Origin: Candidatus Bathyarchaeota archaeon
Lineage (GTDB): Archaea > Thermoproteota > Bathyarchaeia > Bathyarchaeales > Bathycorpusculaceae
Assembly (NCBI GenBank): GCA_963772455.1
Contig: CAVYXJ010000020.1
Location: 1 to 64,000, forward strand
Direction: 5' to 3'
Length of the DNA stretch: 64,000 bases
Shown one piece after another: positions 32,457-43,381 of this stretch. The notes beneath the pieces are model-generated. The model made no database searches, was not told the origin of the DNA, and was given only the letters and a program-made list of their open reading frames with translations. The number at the start of each line of letters is the position of its first letter. Position 1 is the stretch's first letter. A program made the position numbers and the translations under genes.

Positions 32457-33614
32457 CTAGCTTAATTGAGCGCCTGCTTTAAGTGCGTCAATTATCCTTT
32501 GAAATTGCTCATCTGTCATGAATGGAAACATTGGCAGTGAAAGAATTTTTGAGTGCAATTCTTCAGCACAGGGAAAATCGCCTTTTTTATATTTTGTAGT
32601 CTTTTGGTAGTACGAAAAATAATGAAGAGGGATATAATGAACTCCAGTTATAATACCCTGATTTTGAAGAAATTGGTACAATTCATCTCTATTCAAAGGG
32701 TAAGGCTTTTCAACTGTAATTTCAAGCAGATGGTAGACTCCATGCTGGGGACTATCAGAGTCAGGGTCATGAAGCATTTTTAACCCTTCAATTTTTTCCA
32801 ACTCAACTTTATACTTGCGTGCTATTTCCAATCTAGATTCGGTTAATAGATCAAGCTTCTTCATCTGCATTAGACCTATTACGGCGGTAATTTCACTCAT
32901 CCTAAAATTGAAACCCAAATCAGTTACATCATATCTCCAATGGCTAACTTTTTCTTTAGGGGTCCTATTTTGACCATGATTTCTTACCAAAAGGGCGCGC
33001 TCATTCACTTCATTGATATTTGTAACAAGCATACCTCCCTCACCGGTTGTCATGTTTTTTGTAGCATAAAAACTAAAACAACTGGCATCACCAAAACTCC
33101 CGACTCTTCTATCTCCAAACATGGCACCATGAGCCTGAGCGCAGTCTTCCACCATTTTTAAGTTAAAATCTTTTACTAACCTACCGATATTCTTCATATC
33201 ACAAGGAAAACCATACAAATGAACGGGAATAATACAATCAATCGTGTCATCAGCTTTAAGAAGAGCTTCTAGTTTCGCCGAGTCAAGTTCCCCAGTTTCG
33301 TCTACATCGCAAAATACTGGTTCAGCACCATATAGCCTGACAACATTTGCAGTAGCTACAAAAGTATTCACGGGAACCACAACCGAAGCTCCTTTTTTTA
33401 GGTCTATTCCACTCAAAGCCATATACAAAGCAGACGTACAAGAATTTGTAGCTAAACCATATCTACACTGAACATACTCAGAAAACACTTTTTCAAACTC
33501 CAGTGTCTTAGGACCCAAAGTTAGCCATCCAGATTCAAGAACTTCACGAATCCCAGCCAATACTTCGGCTCCTATGGTGTTTTGAGTTTTATACAAAGGA
33601 ATTTGATTTAACAA
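32457..33614 (-). CDS. DegT/DnrJ/EryC1/StrS sugar aminotransferase
   Basis: SGWLTLGP, NSCTSAL, PVHLYG, VEDCAQAHG, FSFYATKNMTTGEGGM, GFNFRM, LSLPMFP. Confidence 0.95.
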   Translation of the reverse strand: MLNQIPLYKTQNTIGAEVLAGIREVLESGWLTLGPKTLEFEKVFSEYVQCRYGLATNSCTSALYMALSGIDLKKGASVVVPVNTFVATANVVRLYGAEPVFCDVDETGELDSAKLEALLKADDTIDCIIPVHLYGFPCDMKNIGRLVKDFNLKMVEDCAQAHGAMFGDRRVGSFGDASCFSFYATKNMTTGEGGMLVTNINEVNERALLVRNHGQNRTPKEKVSHWRYDVTDLGFNFRMSEITAVIGLMQMKKLDLLTESRLEIARKYKVELEKIEGLKMLHDPDSDSPQHGVYHLLEITVEKPYPLNRDELYQFLQNQGIITGVHYIPLHYFSYYQKTTKYKKGDFPCAEELHSKILSLPMFPFMTDEQFQRIIDALKAGAQLS

Positions 33615-33853
33615 GTTTAAACCTCTTTGGAAACTAGTCTCATAGAATAAATAAAATCAAGCATTTATCCTTTCAAAGAATCAATAATAGAAAAAACCAA
33701 ACAGACATTTCCTTAACAGACATAAATAGAAAAAACTCACAACAAATCATAGAATTAAAATTTGGATAAAGATACCAAAATAATTGTAAAAGGGAGAGAA
33801 TATGCTTAATCATTTAATATCGAATGAATAGCTCCTAAAAAGAATACGACAAT

Positions 33854-34786
33854 TCAATTAGCTCTGCAAAGATAAGTCAGCCAAGTTTCAGTCGTGTTGG
33901 TCAGGTCTTTGATTTCTAAGCCGTTTAAACCGTAAATTTTTATTTCTGCAAACCCAGTCGCATTTAACTGTTCAAATTGTTCAACAGGAGAAATGAAATA
34001 TGTTTTTAATCTAAATTCGTGGGTTCCATCATTAAATAAAATATGTTTCTTATCTTTTGATGGACTCCTTATGGTTTCCCAAACTTGTCGCTTATTTAAA
34101 AGTCGCATCTGTAAGACCCAAATTAGACTCCACAAAAATTGACCTGGATCCTTTGAAAAACGAATTGAACAGTTACCTAACTGATAATTCAAGTTATGTG
34201 TTTGAAAACAGAAATAGCCACCAGTTCTAGTGACCCGACGTATTTCCATTAAAATTCTTAACCTATCTTCATGATTCACGTAATCTAATCCACACCAACT
34301 AAATAAAACGAAGTCAAAAAAACCATCATTGAAATTCACCAAATTTCTTGCGTCCATAGTAAGAAAAGATAGTTGCTTTGGATACTTTGCAAATTTCTTG
34401 CGACAAGCTTTAACCATATTGTTCGAATAGTCAATTCCAATATATTCTTTAGTTAAACCTGCAAAATGAGTTGTAGTTCTTCCTGCACCTACCCCGACGT
34501 CAAGCATTTTCATGTCAGGCAATTTAAATCTTAATCTATTCAGTACAGTCTCTTCGGGTTTCTGCAGTCTACTCTGTGGACAAAAAACGTTCACAACATC
34601 TTCAGATTCGAAAACCTCTTTGTTTTGCTTAATTGAATCTCCTTGTTTAGTTAACACATTCTTAATGACTTTTTTGTTAAATTTGAGAAAAGTCGAAATG
34701 AAACGTGTTTTTTCACAATTCGAAATACCTGAGAATAAATCTGAAATCTCAGTTTTAACCTTTCTTTTTAAAAGAAGTACCTCCAA
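33854..34786 (-). CDS. Class I SAM-dependent methyltransferase
   Basis: MLDVGVGAGRTT, YIGIDYS, DARNL, FDFVLFS, EIRRV.R.GGYF. Confidence 0.9.
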   Translation of the reverse strand: MEVLLLKRKVKTEISDLFSGISNCEKTRFISTFLKFNKKVIKNVLTKQGDSIKQNKEVFESEDVVNVFCPQSRLQKPEETVLNRLRFKLPDMKMLDVGVGAGRTTTHFAGLTKEYIGIDYSNNMVKACRKKFAKYPKQLSFLTMDARNLVNFNDGFFDFVLFSWCGLDYVNHEDRLRILMEIRRVTRTGGYFCFQTHNLNYQLGNCSIRFSKDPGQFLWSLIWVLQMRLLNKRQVWETIRSPSKDKKHILFNDGTHEFRLKTYFISPVEQFEQLNATGFAEIKIYGLNGLEIKDLTNTTETWLTYLCRAN

Positions 34787-34873
34787 GGTAAACTTGTTAT
34801 TCGGTTGAACCTAACAATCAATGATGCAGCTAATAACAAAATAAACTATGAATAATAAATATTGAAGTCGTTT

Positions 34874-35869
34874 TTATCGTTTTCTAACCTGCATCTTGCA
34901 CATAATATCCTGATCAGACACTCGCCTCACCAAGCTCTGAATGTAAACTCTTTTTTTCCATATGCCTTGGAAGTGTTTCAGGTTCCAAAGAATTGCCCTT
35001 GAAGCTTCTTTCGAATAAACAAGATCTTTACCCCTTAGCAAATTATCAAATCCTATTATCACAATTTGGGAACACTCGTAAACCAATGATAATGACAGAT
35101 ATTTTATTAGATTTTGAATTTCGTAGTTCTTCAAGAGAGTTGTAATTCGATTTCTTTTCATTAAGTAAACTTGGAAAAAGAGTGACTTAATGCCAACCGT
35201 TGGAATGCTTCCACTACCTTTATGATAAACAATAGAAGTAGGAACATACAATATTTTGTAACCAGCCAATCTTATTCGCCAACAAAGGTCTGTGTCTTCA
35301 TAGTATGTGAAAAAATCAGAATCGAAAGTGCCAACTTGTTCTATGACTTTGCGACGAACTATCATTGACGCACCTTTGCAAGTAAAAATTTCGTCACATT
35401 CATATTTTCCTACATCTTTTTCGCCAAGACCCCGAGCAAATGTAATTGCATAAAAGTCTGAAAAGTTTCCAGCGCAATCTAATATAGAAGGAGAATCCAA
35501 TAGCAAAAGTTTACTTTGAGCTGCCCCTATAGTAAAATTTGACTCTAATACTTTAACAAATTCAGTAATCCAGTTTGGCTCGACAATTGTGTCGTTATTC
35601 AAAAAGACAACATAATCCCCTGCTGCTAACTCAATTCCGACATTGTTGCCTTGTGCAAAGCCCAAGTTTTTTTCATTCATTATTAGTTTAATTCTTGAAT
35701 CATATGAGAAGCTTCTCAATAGCTCAGAGCTACCATCTGTTGACCCATTGTCTACCACTATTACCTCAATATTAGAATAGTTAGTTTTAAGAACAGACGT
35801 TAAACATTTTTGGAGAAAAATTTCACCGTTGAAGTTAACGATAATAATTGAAACTAACGAATCAAACAA
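34874..35869 (-). CDS. Glycosyltransferase family 2
   Basis: VSIIIVNFNG, VVDNGSTDGS, NLGFAQGNN, FLNNDT, YYEDTDLCWR. Confidence 0.95.
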   Translation of the reverse strand: MFDSLVSIIIVNFNGEIFLQKCLTSVLKTNYSNIEVIVVDNGSTDGSSELLRSFSYDSRIKLIMNEKNLGFAQGNNVGIELAAGDYVVFLNNDTIVEPNWITEFVKVLESNFTIGAAQSKLLLLDSPSILDCAGNFSDFYAITFARGLGEKDVGKYECDEIFTCKGASMIVRRKVIEQVGTFDSDFFTYYEDTDLCWRIRLAGYKILYVPTSIVYHKGSGSIPTVGIKSLFFQVYLMKRNRITTLLKNYEIQNLIKYLSLSLVYECSQIVIIGFDNLLRGKDLVYSKEASRAILWNLKHFQGIWKKRVYIQSLVRRVSDQDIMCKMQVRKR

Positions 35870-35922
35870 TAGCTCTATTTTCCTCCTTCCACAAACTTAA
35901 AAACATGTCAAACAAGTAACAG

Positions 35923-37122
35923 CTAAGATTTTCGAAGTGTTAATTCGTTGACTTCACTTAAGAGTATCTTTCTTTGCTTTTCAGCCAAATAAATAGCTTG
36001 CTTTCGGTTGCTTAATCCCATCTCTGTAATTTGCTCTTTTCCATATTCTAATATTTGTTCCAATTTGGCGGTTAAGTCCTGACGATCCACATACGTGTAT
36101 TCGTGAGGCAGAAGATCTCCTCTAGATCCGAAAAAATCGGAAAATACAACAAGACCTGCAATTGCATAGTCATATTTCCGTTCGTTTGTGCCACCTAAAT
36201 GAACACCTACATTTATGCCGATCCAAGACTTGCTAAGTATTGTTAAATAATCCATTTTACTTGGGACGTACTCATAATGATGCAGTTCGATATTCTTGGG
36301 GATATATTTGGATTCTATACCAATTAAATTAACTCTAATTTTTTTATTGATAAATGATAGCGCTTGGAATATTTCTTTAAGAGATTCTTTGACTTTTGGC
36401 CCCCAATGACCTCGCAAAACTATGCTTATACAGGGTTCCATGTCCTTGGAAGCTGGTTCAAATTCTGCAATTGGGTAAATATTTGGATAAAAAAGCACTT
36501 TTTTAGCACCCATTTCTAAGTATTTAATTCTATCTCTCTCACTGCTAGTAACAACCATATCTGATAATGCAACAGCTTTACTCTCCAATGTATACATTAG
36601 TGTTTTAGTTATGATATTATTTCCGAAATTGTACCGGTCATAAGCAACATCTTGAGACACATAAATAATCGGTCCAAAAATTTTAAGAGTTTTAAAATTA
36701 ACAATACCTATACTCACTGATTCATCTATAAAAAAAATTTTTGGTGAGGCAAGTTTTTCCAAAAAACTTTTCAATACATCTGTTTGAGCAGGTTTATCAA
36801 AATATTCACCTAAAGCTTGGGAAAGATCGGATAAGAAACCCTCAACGAATAAAGATTTTGAGGTCTTTACTCGTAAAAGTCGCATGATTAATCCATCACG
36901 CATGTTCTTAGGGCTTTTTATTAACATTAGAAAAAAATGCATAAAATGTCCAAAGGCAGAAGCAGGCAAACTTATTTGATTATTCTCAATTTTTTCTCCA
37001 AATCGAGCATTGTTTCTTCTAAAAACATAAAGATATTCTTCGTTTGATTTCAATTTATATGATTGAACTACGAAATTCATTTTTGGTGATAGTTTACCGT
37101 AGTAATTAATAACTATGATCAC
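35923..37122 (-). CDS. Hypothetical protein, divergent GT-B glycosyltransferase
   Basis: SDMVVTSSERD, YPN, GTNERKYDYAIAGLVV (GT4-like motif); cluster context. Confidence 0.6.
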   Translation of the reverse strand: MIIVINYYGKLSPKMNFVVQSYKLKSNEEYLYVFRRNNARFGEKIENNQISLPASAFGHFMHFFLMLIKSPKNMRDGLIMRLLRVKTSKSLFVEGFLSDLSQALGEYFDKPAQTDVLKSFLEKLASPKIFFIDESVSIGIVNFKTLKIFGPIIYVSQDVAYDRYNFGNNIITKTLMYTLESKAVALSDMVVTSSERDRIKYLEMGAKKVLFYPNIYPIAEFEPASKDMEPCISIVLRGHWGPKVKESLKEIFQALSFINKKIRVNLIGIESKYIPKNIELHHYEYVPSKMDYLTILSKSWIGINVGVHLGGTNERKYDYAIAGLVVFSDFFGSRGDLLPHEYTYVDRQDLTAKLEQILEYGKEQITEMGLSNRKQAIYLAEKQRKILLSEVNELTLRKS

Positions 37123-37417
37123 TTGAAATCAGCTTCCAAAGACACAATGCTTACTCCATGAACATCTTTATCTATTCTAAACAAGACACTCACTTGATAC
37201 ATACTTGAGCTTGTCTTAATTGATTATCATTTACTTCACTAAAGAATCTTGACTCGTATCTTTAATGATTATCAACATTACAAAGAACTATTCTTGAATT
37301 CTTTTGAATAATCTAATTAAACTTTCTGCTCAAAATCTGACTTTAGTGAAGAAGACCTATCTTGTCATTTCTAGACAAAAAAAACATCTCTATACTCAAA
37401 CCCTAAAAAAAGTTTTT

Positions 37418-38290
37418 TTAGACAAGGAAAACTCGCTCTCTTACACACATATCCCAGAAACAAATTCGTTCATAGACAAGTCTCACATAAATATATGGAA
37501 ATATCCGAAAATCCGCGGCAGTTTGATATTTGTTTTTTAGGAGACTACCAAATATCAATGGTGGGAAAATAATTTTTGCGAAATCTGATGGATTAACAAG
37601 TTTACCTAAACATGAAAGTCTACGTTTTTCGCCATATTTTTTATAAAGTAAGACCATATTTCTGAGTCTTTTTCCACTTTGTACGAATTGGTTTTTGTTA
37701 AAAACCTTTTTCTGATGGTACACTATCATTTTTGGGTTGAATATTATTTTCCCATTCTTGATTACCCTAAGAGCAATATCTCTATCTTCATGATAGGTAA
37801 ACTTTTTATCGAAACCGCCGACTAGTTCAAGAACATCTTTGGTATAGGCAATGTTACAAGTCATGAACTCTCCTCCAAACTTGTTTTCCATTACACTATC
37901 TGAACGAGTTGGTTTGTACGTCTCAGAAACATAAAATGTCCTTCCTTCAACTCCAACAATTCCAGGAGTTTTAAAATATGGAAGCCCTTCTTTAATCCAG
38001 TTTTTGGATACTTGGCAGTCAGCGTCAGTGAAGAAAACATACCTGCTTTTTGCATACTTTATGCTTTGATTTCTGCTTCTAGAAAGCCCAAGTAATTCAG
38101 TATTTCTATAATACCGTATTCGTTTATCTTTAAAATCTTCAATTATTCTCTGGGTATTATCAGTACTTAGATCATCAACTATTATTATCTCGAAGTCAGT
38201 AAACGACTGATTCAAGAGCGACGTTATACAATCATGAATATATATTTCCATATTTCTGACGCATACTAAAACACTCACTTCTGGCGTCAC
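37418..38290 (-). CDS. Glycosyltransferase family 2
   Basis: VSVLVCVRN, IVDDLSTD, FFTDADC, GGFD, EDRDIALR. Confidence 0.93.
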   Translation of the reverse strand: MTPEVSVLVCVRNMEIYIHDCITSLLNQSFTDFEIIIVDDLSTDNTQRIIEDFKDKRIRYYRNTELLGLSRSRNQSIKYAKSRYVFFTDADCQVSKNWIKEGLPYFKTPGIVGVEGRTFYVSETYKPTRSDSVMENKFGGEFMTCNIAYTKDVLELVGGFDKKFTYHEDRDIALRVIKNGKIIFNPKMIVYHQKKVFNKNQFVQSGKRLRNMVLLYKKYGEKRRLSCLGKLVNPSDFAKIIFPPLIFGSLLKNKYQTAADFRIFPYIYVRLVYERICFWDMCVRERVFLV

Positions 38291-38621
38291 TTTGCCGCAC
38301 CCTGTAGTTTAACCAATAAAAATAATCGAACAAATTCAGACGACAAGCTTACCATGTTCTATTTCCTATAATGTTGTTCTTATTAAGGAAATCTACGATC
38401 AAAAAAGCTGGATTTTAAATTCAAGAGATCGTTTTTGCAACCACTAATTAGAATAAAACAAGTATGTTGAAAAAAGTGCAATATAGACTTCTCAAGCTTT
38501 GTTAAATCGGCTTCGCAAGACCTGTGGTGAGTTGACAATTAGTGTTAACCTGATTTTTCAAAAAGTTATAAGAACAAAGTTTTTATAAATAGCTTTAAAA
38601 ATTCTGGGAAAAGAGAGAAAA

Positions 38622-40319
38622 ATGAAACAAAACCATTCAAGAAGAACTCTTAATTTCATGGATTTCAAAAAACCCGCCGCTCTATTTTTCAGCGCAATCT
38701 TCGTTATTAGCATGCTATCAATCTTCTCATTTACAACAGTTCAAGCTGCAAATCCGAATGAGTCTACATTTGGAAATACAGCTTTTGGAAACTCAGCTAA
38801 TCCTTTTTACGGAACTAAAGACGCAACCAGATTTCAGCTTACTCAATCAGGCACAATTCAAAGCATCACAGTTTATTTTGCAAATTCCGGTTTCAATGCT
38901 AAGACAGCAATTTACTCCGATTCAAATGGTGCTCCAAGTCAATTAATCGCTCAAAGCAGCAGCCAATACATATATGCAACTGGTTGGCAAACATTTACTG
39001 TTCCACAAACATCACTTTCTTCCGGATACTATTGGCTAAGCTGTGCAGCAAGTACTTACAATGCAGCTGGAGTAATGAGTTGGATAGGCACTGCAAACTC
39101 ACATCGCTGGATAAGCTCGACTTATAACAATGATTTTACAAGCTCATTCGGGACAACTTCCGGTAGCGATTCAGCCGTTCCAAGCATATACGCAACCTAC
39201 ACAACTACAACAACTACAAGCTCAGCTACATTTGGAAATACAGCCCTTGGAAACTCAGCTAATCCTTTTTACGGAACTAAAGACGCAACCAGATTTCAGC
39301 TTACTCAATCAGGCACAATTCAAAGCATCACAGTTTATTTTGCAAATTCCGGTTTCAATGCTAAGACAGCAATTTACTCCGATTCAAATGGTGCTCCAAG
39401 TCAATTAATCGCTCAAAGCAGCAGCCAATACATATATGCAACTGGTTGGCAAACATTTACTGTTCCACAAACATCACTTTCTTCCGGATACTATTGGCTA
39501 AGCTGTGCAGCAAGTACTTACAATGCAGCTGGAGTAATGAGTTGGATAGGCACTGCAAACTCACATCGCTGGATAAGCTCGACTTATAACAATGATTTTA
39601 CAAGCTCATTCGGGACAACTTCCGGTAGCGATTCAGCCGTTCCAAGCATATACGCAACCTACACAACTACAGGTGACCCTCAAACAGTGATAGAGCCACC
39701 TTCATCTAATTTGGCGCCTAGCCCTAGTGGCTGGAGCACCTTAACGAATGGAATGCACCTAGCAATCGGAGGAGTATCAAACGACGTTCTTGACTACAAT
39801 GTACAGTACAATGGAAACCCAACAATAAGACAAGACCCCGTAGGATCAACAAACAACTATCACAGAGAGGTAGATGGACCTTACATCAAAGTAAACCCTG
39901 GAGATCGCATAGTATTTTCAGTGTGGATAAAAACTTCAGCAAGTTCTTTTGGCGACAAATCAGATTTTAGCGGCGCAAGGTTCGGCATTGACTTCTATGG
40001 AGCACAAGGAGCAATAACTGGAACAGCATCGCCAGACGGCTCAGCCATGTGGACTCCATGGGGTGGTTGGGCAGAAACCACAGAGTTAAACTATGTGCAT
40101 TGGGGAACAAGTACCTGGACACAGAAAGTAATGAGTTTCACAGTTGCCTCAGGCTATCCAGCTTACCCAGGATACGCAGGCAACTGGAACTATGCATCAG
40201 GACAATGGGTCACACCCATCGCCATAATTCCATGCATGCAAGTCTGGAGCTCAACATACGGAGCCGCGGATAATGGTCAAGCTTGGTTCGCTAATCCTGA
40301 ACTGACCATAAATCCCTAA
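38622..40319 (+). CDS. Secreted protein: two near-identical beta-sandwich domains (DUF4082/choice-of-anchor R-like) plus C-terminal domain X
   Basis: Signal peptide; repeat TRFQL...SGTIQSITVY...AIYSDSNGAP...GWQTF...LSSGYYWL; C-terminal [14 protein letters not shown]...GQAWFANPELTINP. Confidence 0.82.
   Translation: MKQNHSRRTLNFMDFKKPAALFFSAIFVISMLSIFSFTTVQAANPNESTFGNTAFGNSANPFYGTKDATRFQLTQSGTIQSITVYFANSGFNAKTAIYSDSNGAPSQLIAQSSSQYIYATGWQTFTVPQTSLSSGYYWLSCAASTYNAAGVMSWIGTANSHRWISSTYNNDFTSSFGTTSGSDSAVPSIYATYTTTTTTSSATFGNTALGNSANPFYGTKDATRFQLTQSGTIQSITVYFANSGFNAKTAIYSDSNGAPSQLIAQSSSQYIYATGWQTFTVPQTSLSSGYYWLSCAASTYNAAGVMSWIGTANSHRWISSTYNNDFTSSFGTTSGSDSAVPSIYATYTTTGDPQTVIEPPSSNLAPSPSGWSTLTNGMHLAIGGVSNDVLDYNVQYNGNPTIRQDPVGSTNNYHREVDGPYIKVNPGDRIVFSVWIKTSASSFGDKSDFSGARFGIDFYGAQGAITGTASPDGSAMWTPWGGWAETTELNYVHWGTSTWTQKVMSFTVASGYPAYPGYAGNWNYASGQWVTPIAIIPCMQVWSSTYGAADNGQAWFANPELTINP
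38764..39671 (+). repeat. 446-bp near-perfect direct repeat (38764-39209 / 39226-39671; period 462 bp)
   Basis: Only two adjacent differences seen (gcttttgga vs gcccttgga). Confidence 0.93.
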
Positions 40320-40696
40320 ACTCTAATCTTCAACCATTTTTTTATTTCTAAGAAATTAAAACAAAAAAAGTTATTCAATGTTTATTGAGAAGTAAGTAAT
40401 TATTTGTAATAATTTATCAATTAAGAATAATAATTCAAAGGAAATAATTGTCCTGGGTACCAAGAATTTGATAAGTAGGCAAAGTCCTTAATGAAACAAT
40501 GATAATCTCTATCGGGTTTGGAAGCTGTTCAAGTAAATACTGAGAAAATATATTTTGAGCTAAATGAAGCTAAATATTTAGATTGAAATCACGTTCGAGA
40601 AAAGAATACTCTTCAGTTTGTTTTAAAATATTCACGTGCTGCCGACATTGACTGCAAAATCAATTCTGAATTTTAGTTATTTATTGACAAGAATCC

Positions 40697-42265
40697 TTAA
40701 GGATTAGCATTCATGATCACGTAGGATATACCGTCATTATATAACAAATCTAATCCTTCGCCTTGTGAAAGGGTCTCCATAGAACTATAATTTCCCAATT
40801 GACCACCTACGAACTGGGGAGTATAGAGTATGACATCTGGTCTGTTATTCTCCAGCACCCAAGAATCGTATATAAATACATAATTGCTCAGTTTAGACTG
40901 CACATATTGTATCGTTCTAAAGTCTGCAATAACAAAGCCGGGCTTTTCCCAATGATAATTGTCGATTAAAAAGTTATCAGCTATGTAGGTTTCTTTTGTT
41001 TGAAAATATATTTCGGGATTAAATGACAAGTGAAGCGGAACAAATAGAACCAGAATCGACAAGACCACGAGTAATCCTCCAATGTGTCTTTTGAATTTAC
41101 TCTTGAAGAGAAATGCTGCTCCCAAAGAAATAGGAATGAAAGCTATTGATATTCCACGATACCCAATAGTATTTAATATGACACCAGAAACTGAATAGAG
41201 CACACCAATTAAAAGAATGGCTTTGTCAATAGCATCCATTTCTTTTCTGATAAACAAGAAAATAAAGCCAACAAAGCATAATCCAACCGAGGTAATCGTT
41301 ACTGCCCTGGAAAAATATTGAGCTATAATATCTGTAAAGACTGGATGGGCAGATGCAGTGGTCTGAGAGACAATACTAGAATACGTTGTAGGCGATAATG
41401 TAATGTTTGCAAGGATTTGATCGAAATTAAATTGAGCTATTGTAATTTGAACAATAAAGTAGCTAACCAAAGTAAAAAGGAAAAAGTTTCTGTAAAAACT
41501 TTTATTTTGCTTATTTTTATCAAAAAGACTCCGAATTAATGAATACAAAACAAAAAACACGGGCACAAAAAGGTGAGTAAACAAAAGACAAGCGTACAAG
41601 ACTAGCATTATTGCCATTAAAGCTGGGGTCTTTTTCCGAGTTTCTAGCATGAACAGAAGAAATAAAATTCCGAGTGCAAGCGAAAATGGTGCTGATTGAT
41701 AATCGAGAAAGTAAACCATTGAAAGAAAGAAGACAGCAACAGTAAGAAAGCCAGCCATCTTGTGTTTTTTGGTGGCATAGACAAACAGGGTAGTAGCAAG
41801 CAGGAAGGCTATAATTGTGTATATTAAAAATTCGTAACTAGCAAGAGTCAAACCGCTTATCGAAGTTACAACATCGGCTAATAGAAAATATCCGGGCCAT
41901 TGGTAATACATGAGATTTAATTGGGAAGCATCCAAACTTCTTGTTTTTATAAAGTATTCCGTTAATCCTCTAAAGAATTGTGAATCTGCCACTGGCATTA
42001 AAGAATAGAAGTAAGATAAAGAGTATAGTGCTACTACAAAACCTATTGAGAGTAACCATTTCAAAATGGTACTTTTGGTGGTTAAAGCCATTAAAAACAT
42101 TGATACTAATAATATCGGCAGTCCAAACCAATAAAATATGGATATGTGATAAAAGACAAAGTCGTTTTCAGCAATCGTTGTTATTGGATAACTTAAGTAC
42201 CATGACAATATAATTAGAATTAAGCCAACGAAAAATGGCAAAAGTAATAGTTTAGTTTTTTCCAA
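40697..42265 (-). CDS. Polytopic membrane protein, GT-C/Wzy-like (putative glycan polymerase or lipid-linked sugar transferase)
   Basis: About 12-13 TMs; early loop D (PVADSQFFRG), YYQWPGYFLL, LLFTH; C-terminal soluble domain ending LLYNDG. Confidence 0.6.
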   Translation of the reverse strand: MEKTKLLLLPFFVGLILIILSWYLSYPITTIAENDFVFYHISIFYWFGLPILLVSMFLMALTTKSTILKWLLSIGFVVALYSLSYFYSLMPVADSQFFRGLTEYFIKTRSLDASQLNLMYYQWPGYFLLADVVTSISGLTLASYEFLIYTIIAFLLATTLFVYATKKHKMAGFLTVAVFFLSMVYFLDYQSAPFSLALGILFLLFMLETRKKTPALMAIMLVLYACLLFTHLFVPVFFVLYSLIRSLFDKNKQNKSFYRNFFLFTLVSYFIVQITIAQFNFDQILANITLSPTTYSSIVSQTTASAHPVFTDIIAQYFSRAVTITSVGLCFVGFIFLFIRKEMDAIDKAILLIGVLYSVSGVILNTIGYRGISIAFIPISLGAAFLFKSKFKRHIGGLLVVLSILVLFVPLHLSFNPEIYFQTKETYIADNFLIDNYHWEKPGFVIADFRTIQYVQSKLSNYVFIYDSWVLENNRPDVILYTPQFVGGQLGNYSSMETLSQGEGLDLLYNDGISYVIMNANP

Positions 42266-42308
42266 CTTACGTCTACTCCAAAAAGGATTTATAAATAAAA
42301 AATTTTAC

Positions 42309-43307
42309 TCAACTAAAATAGGAATGTAGTTTAGAGCCTACACGTTTGAATATCCCAAAATAGAATCCAGTTATTCTTGCTAAAGTAAATAAAACAACTA
42401 ATGGATAATACAGGATACGCCTGTCATGAATTCTGGTACGTATTGCTGTAAATGTGAAGTGCCCTAACAATGTAAAGGCTAAAAGTAAAGCAAAGATAAT
42501 TGGAGAAAGAAATATAGTGATAAGTAAAACTAGAAATAGGAAATTTGAGAGATAATAAGAAGCAAAGAAAGATTCATAACGCGAATATTTCAATGTTCTC
42601 CATGATAAGAAAAAAGGAACCAAATTAGAGCTATTCCAAAAGGCATGCTTCAGGCCTTGTCTATGATGCCAGACCGATATCCTTGGATCAAAACGAATAT
42701 CATAACCATTTTCACATAAACGAATGTGAAAATCCCAGTCTTCTGCTGACCTTAGTTTCTCATTTAATGGTCCTATTTTATCAAATATCGATTTTCGGTA
42801 AGCAACGTTACACCCAGCAATCTTCCCTACTGCAGAACGTCCGAGAATAACAACCTCACCCATCTGTGACTCAGCAAATGAACCTTCAACAAATCGTAGA
42901 GGATTGCTCTTGCTTTCATCAAGAGGAGTTAGATGCGATCCTCCTAAACAAATCAAAGATGGATATTGTTGAAAAGTTGAAAATATTTTGCTCAACCAAT
43001 CATCAGGAGCTTCTGCGTCATCGTCAATAAAAATAACAATGTCTCCTTTTGCATTCTTTACCCCCAAGTTTCTCGCCGCACCTAACGAGTGGCCATTTTC
43101 TTTTAAAGTTAGAATTTTACATTCTTCAAAAAGTTTGCTAAGCCCCTCAGGATAGATAGAATACACTAAAATTGTTTCAAACTGCTGAAATGTCTGACGT
43201 TGCAGAGATTTAATGCATCTCTCCAGTAACATCGTTTTATTACCTTTGGTCGCCAAAATAATGCTTAACAAAGGCTTAACATTTTTTTCAATCACGCCAT
43301 CAGACAT
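42309..43307 (-). CDS. Glycosyltransferase family 2 with C-terminal TMs
   Basis: LGAARNLG, FIDDDA, GCNVAYRK, AEDWDF. Confidence 0.92.
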   Translation of the reverse strand: MSDGVIEKNVKPLLSIILATKGNKTMLLERCIKSLQRQTFQQFETILVYSIYPEGLSKLFEECKILTLKENGHSLGAARNLGVKNAKGDIVIFIDDDAEAPDDWLSKIFSTFQQYPSLICLGGSHLTPLDESKSNPLRFVEGSFAESQMGEVVILGRSAVGKIAGCNVAYRKSIFDKIGPLNEKLRSAEDWDFHIRLCENGYDIRFDPRISVWHHRQGLKHAFWNSSNLVPFFLSWRTLKYSRYESFFASYYLSNFLFLVLLITIFLSPIIFALLLAFTLLGHFTFTAIRTRIHDRRILYYPLVVLFTLARITGFYFGIFKRVGSKLHSYFS

Positions 43308-43381
43308 ATCAAGCGCTGACTCCTTCTTATCGTAGGAATATACCTAAAGCTAGTTGATAAAGAAATGAGAAAATTCCAAAA

